NCBI GenBank assembly: GCA_905250115.1
Contig: CAJNOI010000034.1
Coordinates: 210,810-241,187 of the forward strand
From: Adineta steineri
Taxonomy: Eukaryota
DNA length: 30,378 bases
Reading direction: 5' to 3'
Numbering within the stretch: the first letter of the stretch is position 1; the number at the start of each line of letters is the position of its first letter. Of this stretch, positions 29,990-30,378 are shown piece by piece. The notes under the pieces were generated by a model. The model saw only the letters and a program-made list of their open reading frames with translations, did no database searches and was not told the origin of the DNA. Position numbers and translations under genes: made by a program.

Positions 29990-30378
29990 TTTTCTTTTTC
30001 AAAATTCTACTCAAAAGATTTCTTGTTCTTTTTTTCTTTTATTTTAAGTTAGTTATTATTGATAACTCATTTGCTTTCTATTTTCTTTTTTTATACTTTT
30101 ACTGCATTTAAATTATTGTATTCATAATGTACTGTTAAACACATTCCATATATTTTTAAATTTATTTGTGAATTTGACGAGCTTTTCTAGTCGAACTTCG
30201 CAATCTCTATTCGTTATTTGACATGAGGATTAAACTTATTTTTTGTATTTTCAAGAAATGTTTCGAATGCTATATTTGCTTATTATGATTACTTGAGAAC
30301 TTACTGTTTAGAGCATTTTTTTTCTCTCATTTGTTACGCATGTTATATTTATATTATGTTACCTTTTTCCTTTTTTTT

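Noticed and set aside
1-30378. Prokaryotic-style novel system (defence island, CRISPR, toxin-antitoxin, mobile element)
   Set aside because: The sequence is eukaryotic (spliceosomal introns, metazoan gene families). No CRISPR repeats, IS/transposase ORFs or operonic prokaryotic gene sets are present; the prokaryotic-style ORF track is misleading here.

Overview
This window is eukaryotic, not prokaryotic. It is very AT-rich (coding about 30% GC by eye, intergenic lower), has GT-AG introns mostly 50-65 nt long, pyrimidine-rich TTTCAG/TTTTAG acceptors and CAA/CAG-encoded poly-Q tracts. The ORF track uses bacterial start codons (many 'M' are GTG/TTG) and ignores splicing, so the gene models below were rebuilt by hand from splice signals, reading-frame continuity across exons and domain-level homology. 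I resolve nine protein-coding genes. (1) Minus strand, 6599 down to the window edge at 1, at least 20 exons: a vault-type poly(ADP-ribose) polymerase (PARP4-like) with BRCT, PARP regulatory and catalytic domains (H-Y-E triad present), VIT and VWA domains, followed by an unusual C-terminal extension that runs off the window. (2) Minus, 8637-8903: a candidate 44-aa, 2-exon Cys-containing peptide gene with a TATA-like element upstream. (3) Minus, 9774-10711: a Cys/His-cluster protein with a Q/A/H-rich tail. (4) Minus, 12243-12900: a small 4-exon gene of about 165 aa with an apparent 1-nt frameshift. (5) Minus, 15258-19791 and beyond: a PXA-RGS-PX-PXC sorting nexin (SNX13/14/25 family) with 19 resolved exons. 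(6) Plus, 21051-23020: TBC1D20 (Rab-GAP with C-terminal TM), 8 exons. (7) Plus, 23460-26138: a long coiled-coil protein, 4 exons. (8) Plus, 26336-26557: MZT1 (mitotic-spindle organizing protein 1). (9) Plus, 27008-29989: a polypeptide N-acetylgalactosaminyltransferase (GALNT1/13-like, GT-A catalytic plus ricin-B lectin domain), 14 exons. The window also contains microsatellites, poly-Q/His-coding repeats and a 129-bp (43-aa) coding tandem repeat. I find no CRISPR arrays, no mobile elements and no prokaryotic-style defence system. The most unusual items are the PARP4 C-terminus (three ribosomal P-stalk-tail-like acidic-DMGFGLFG motifs plus LFG/SFG repeats), an operon-like head-to-tail run of plus-strand genes with splice-acceptor-like sites just upstream of their ATGs, a homopolymer frameshift in gene 4, and an intronic GC-rich hairpin. 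Taxon cannot be fixed from sequence alone; tiny introns, AT-richness and the presence of a vault PARP argue against nematode or insect and fit a rotifer-, flatworm- or similar compact AT-rich metazoan genome, but this is a weak inference.
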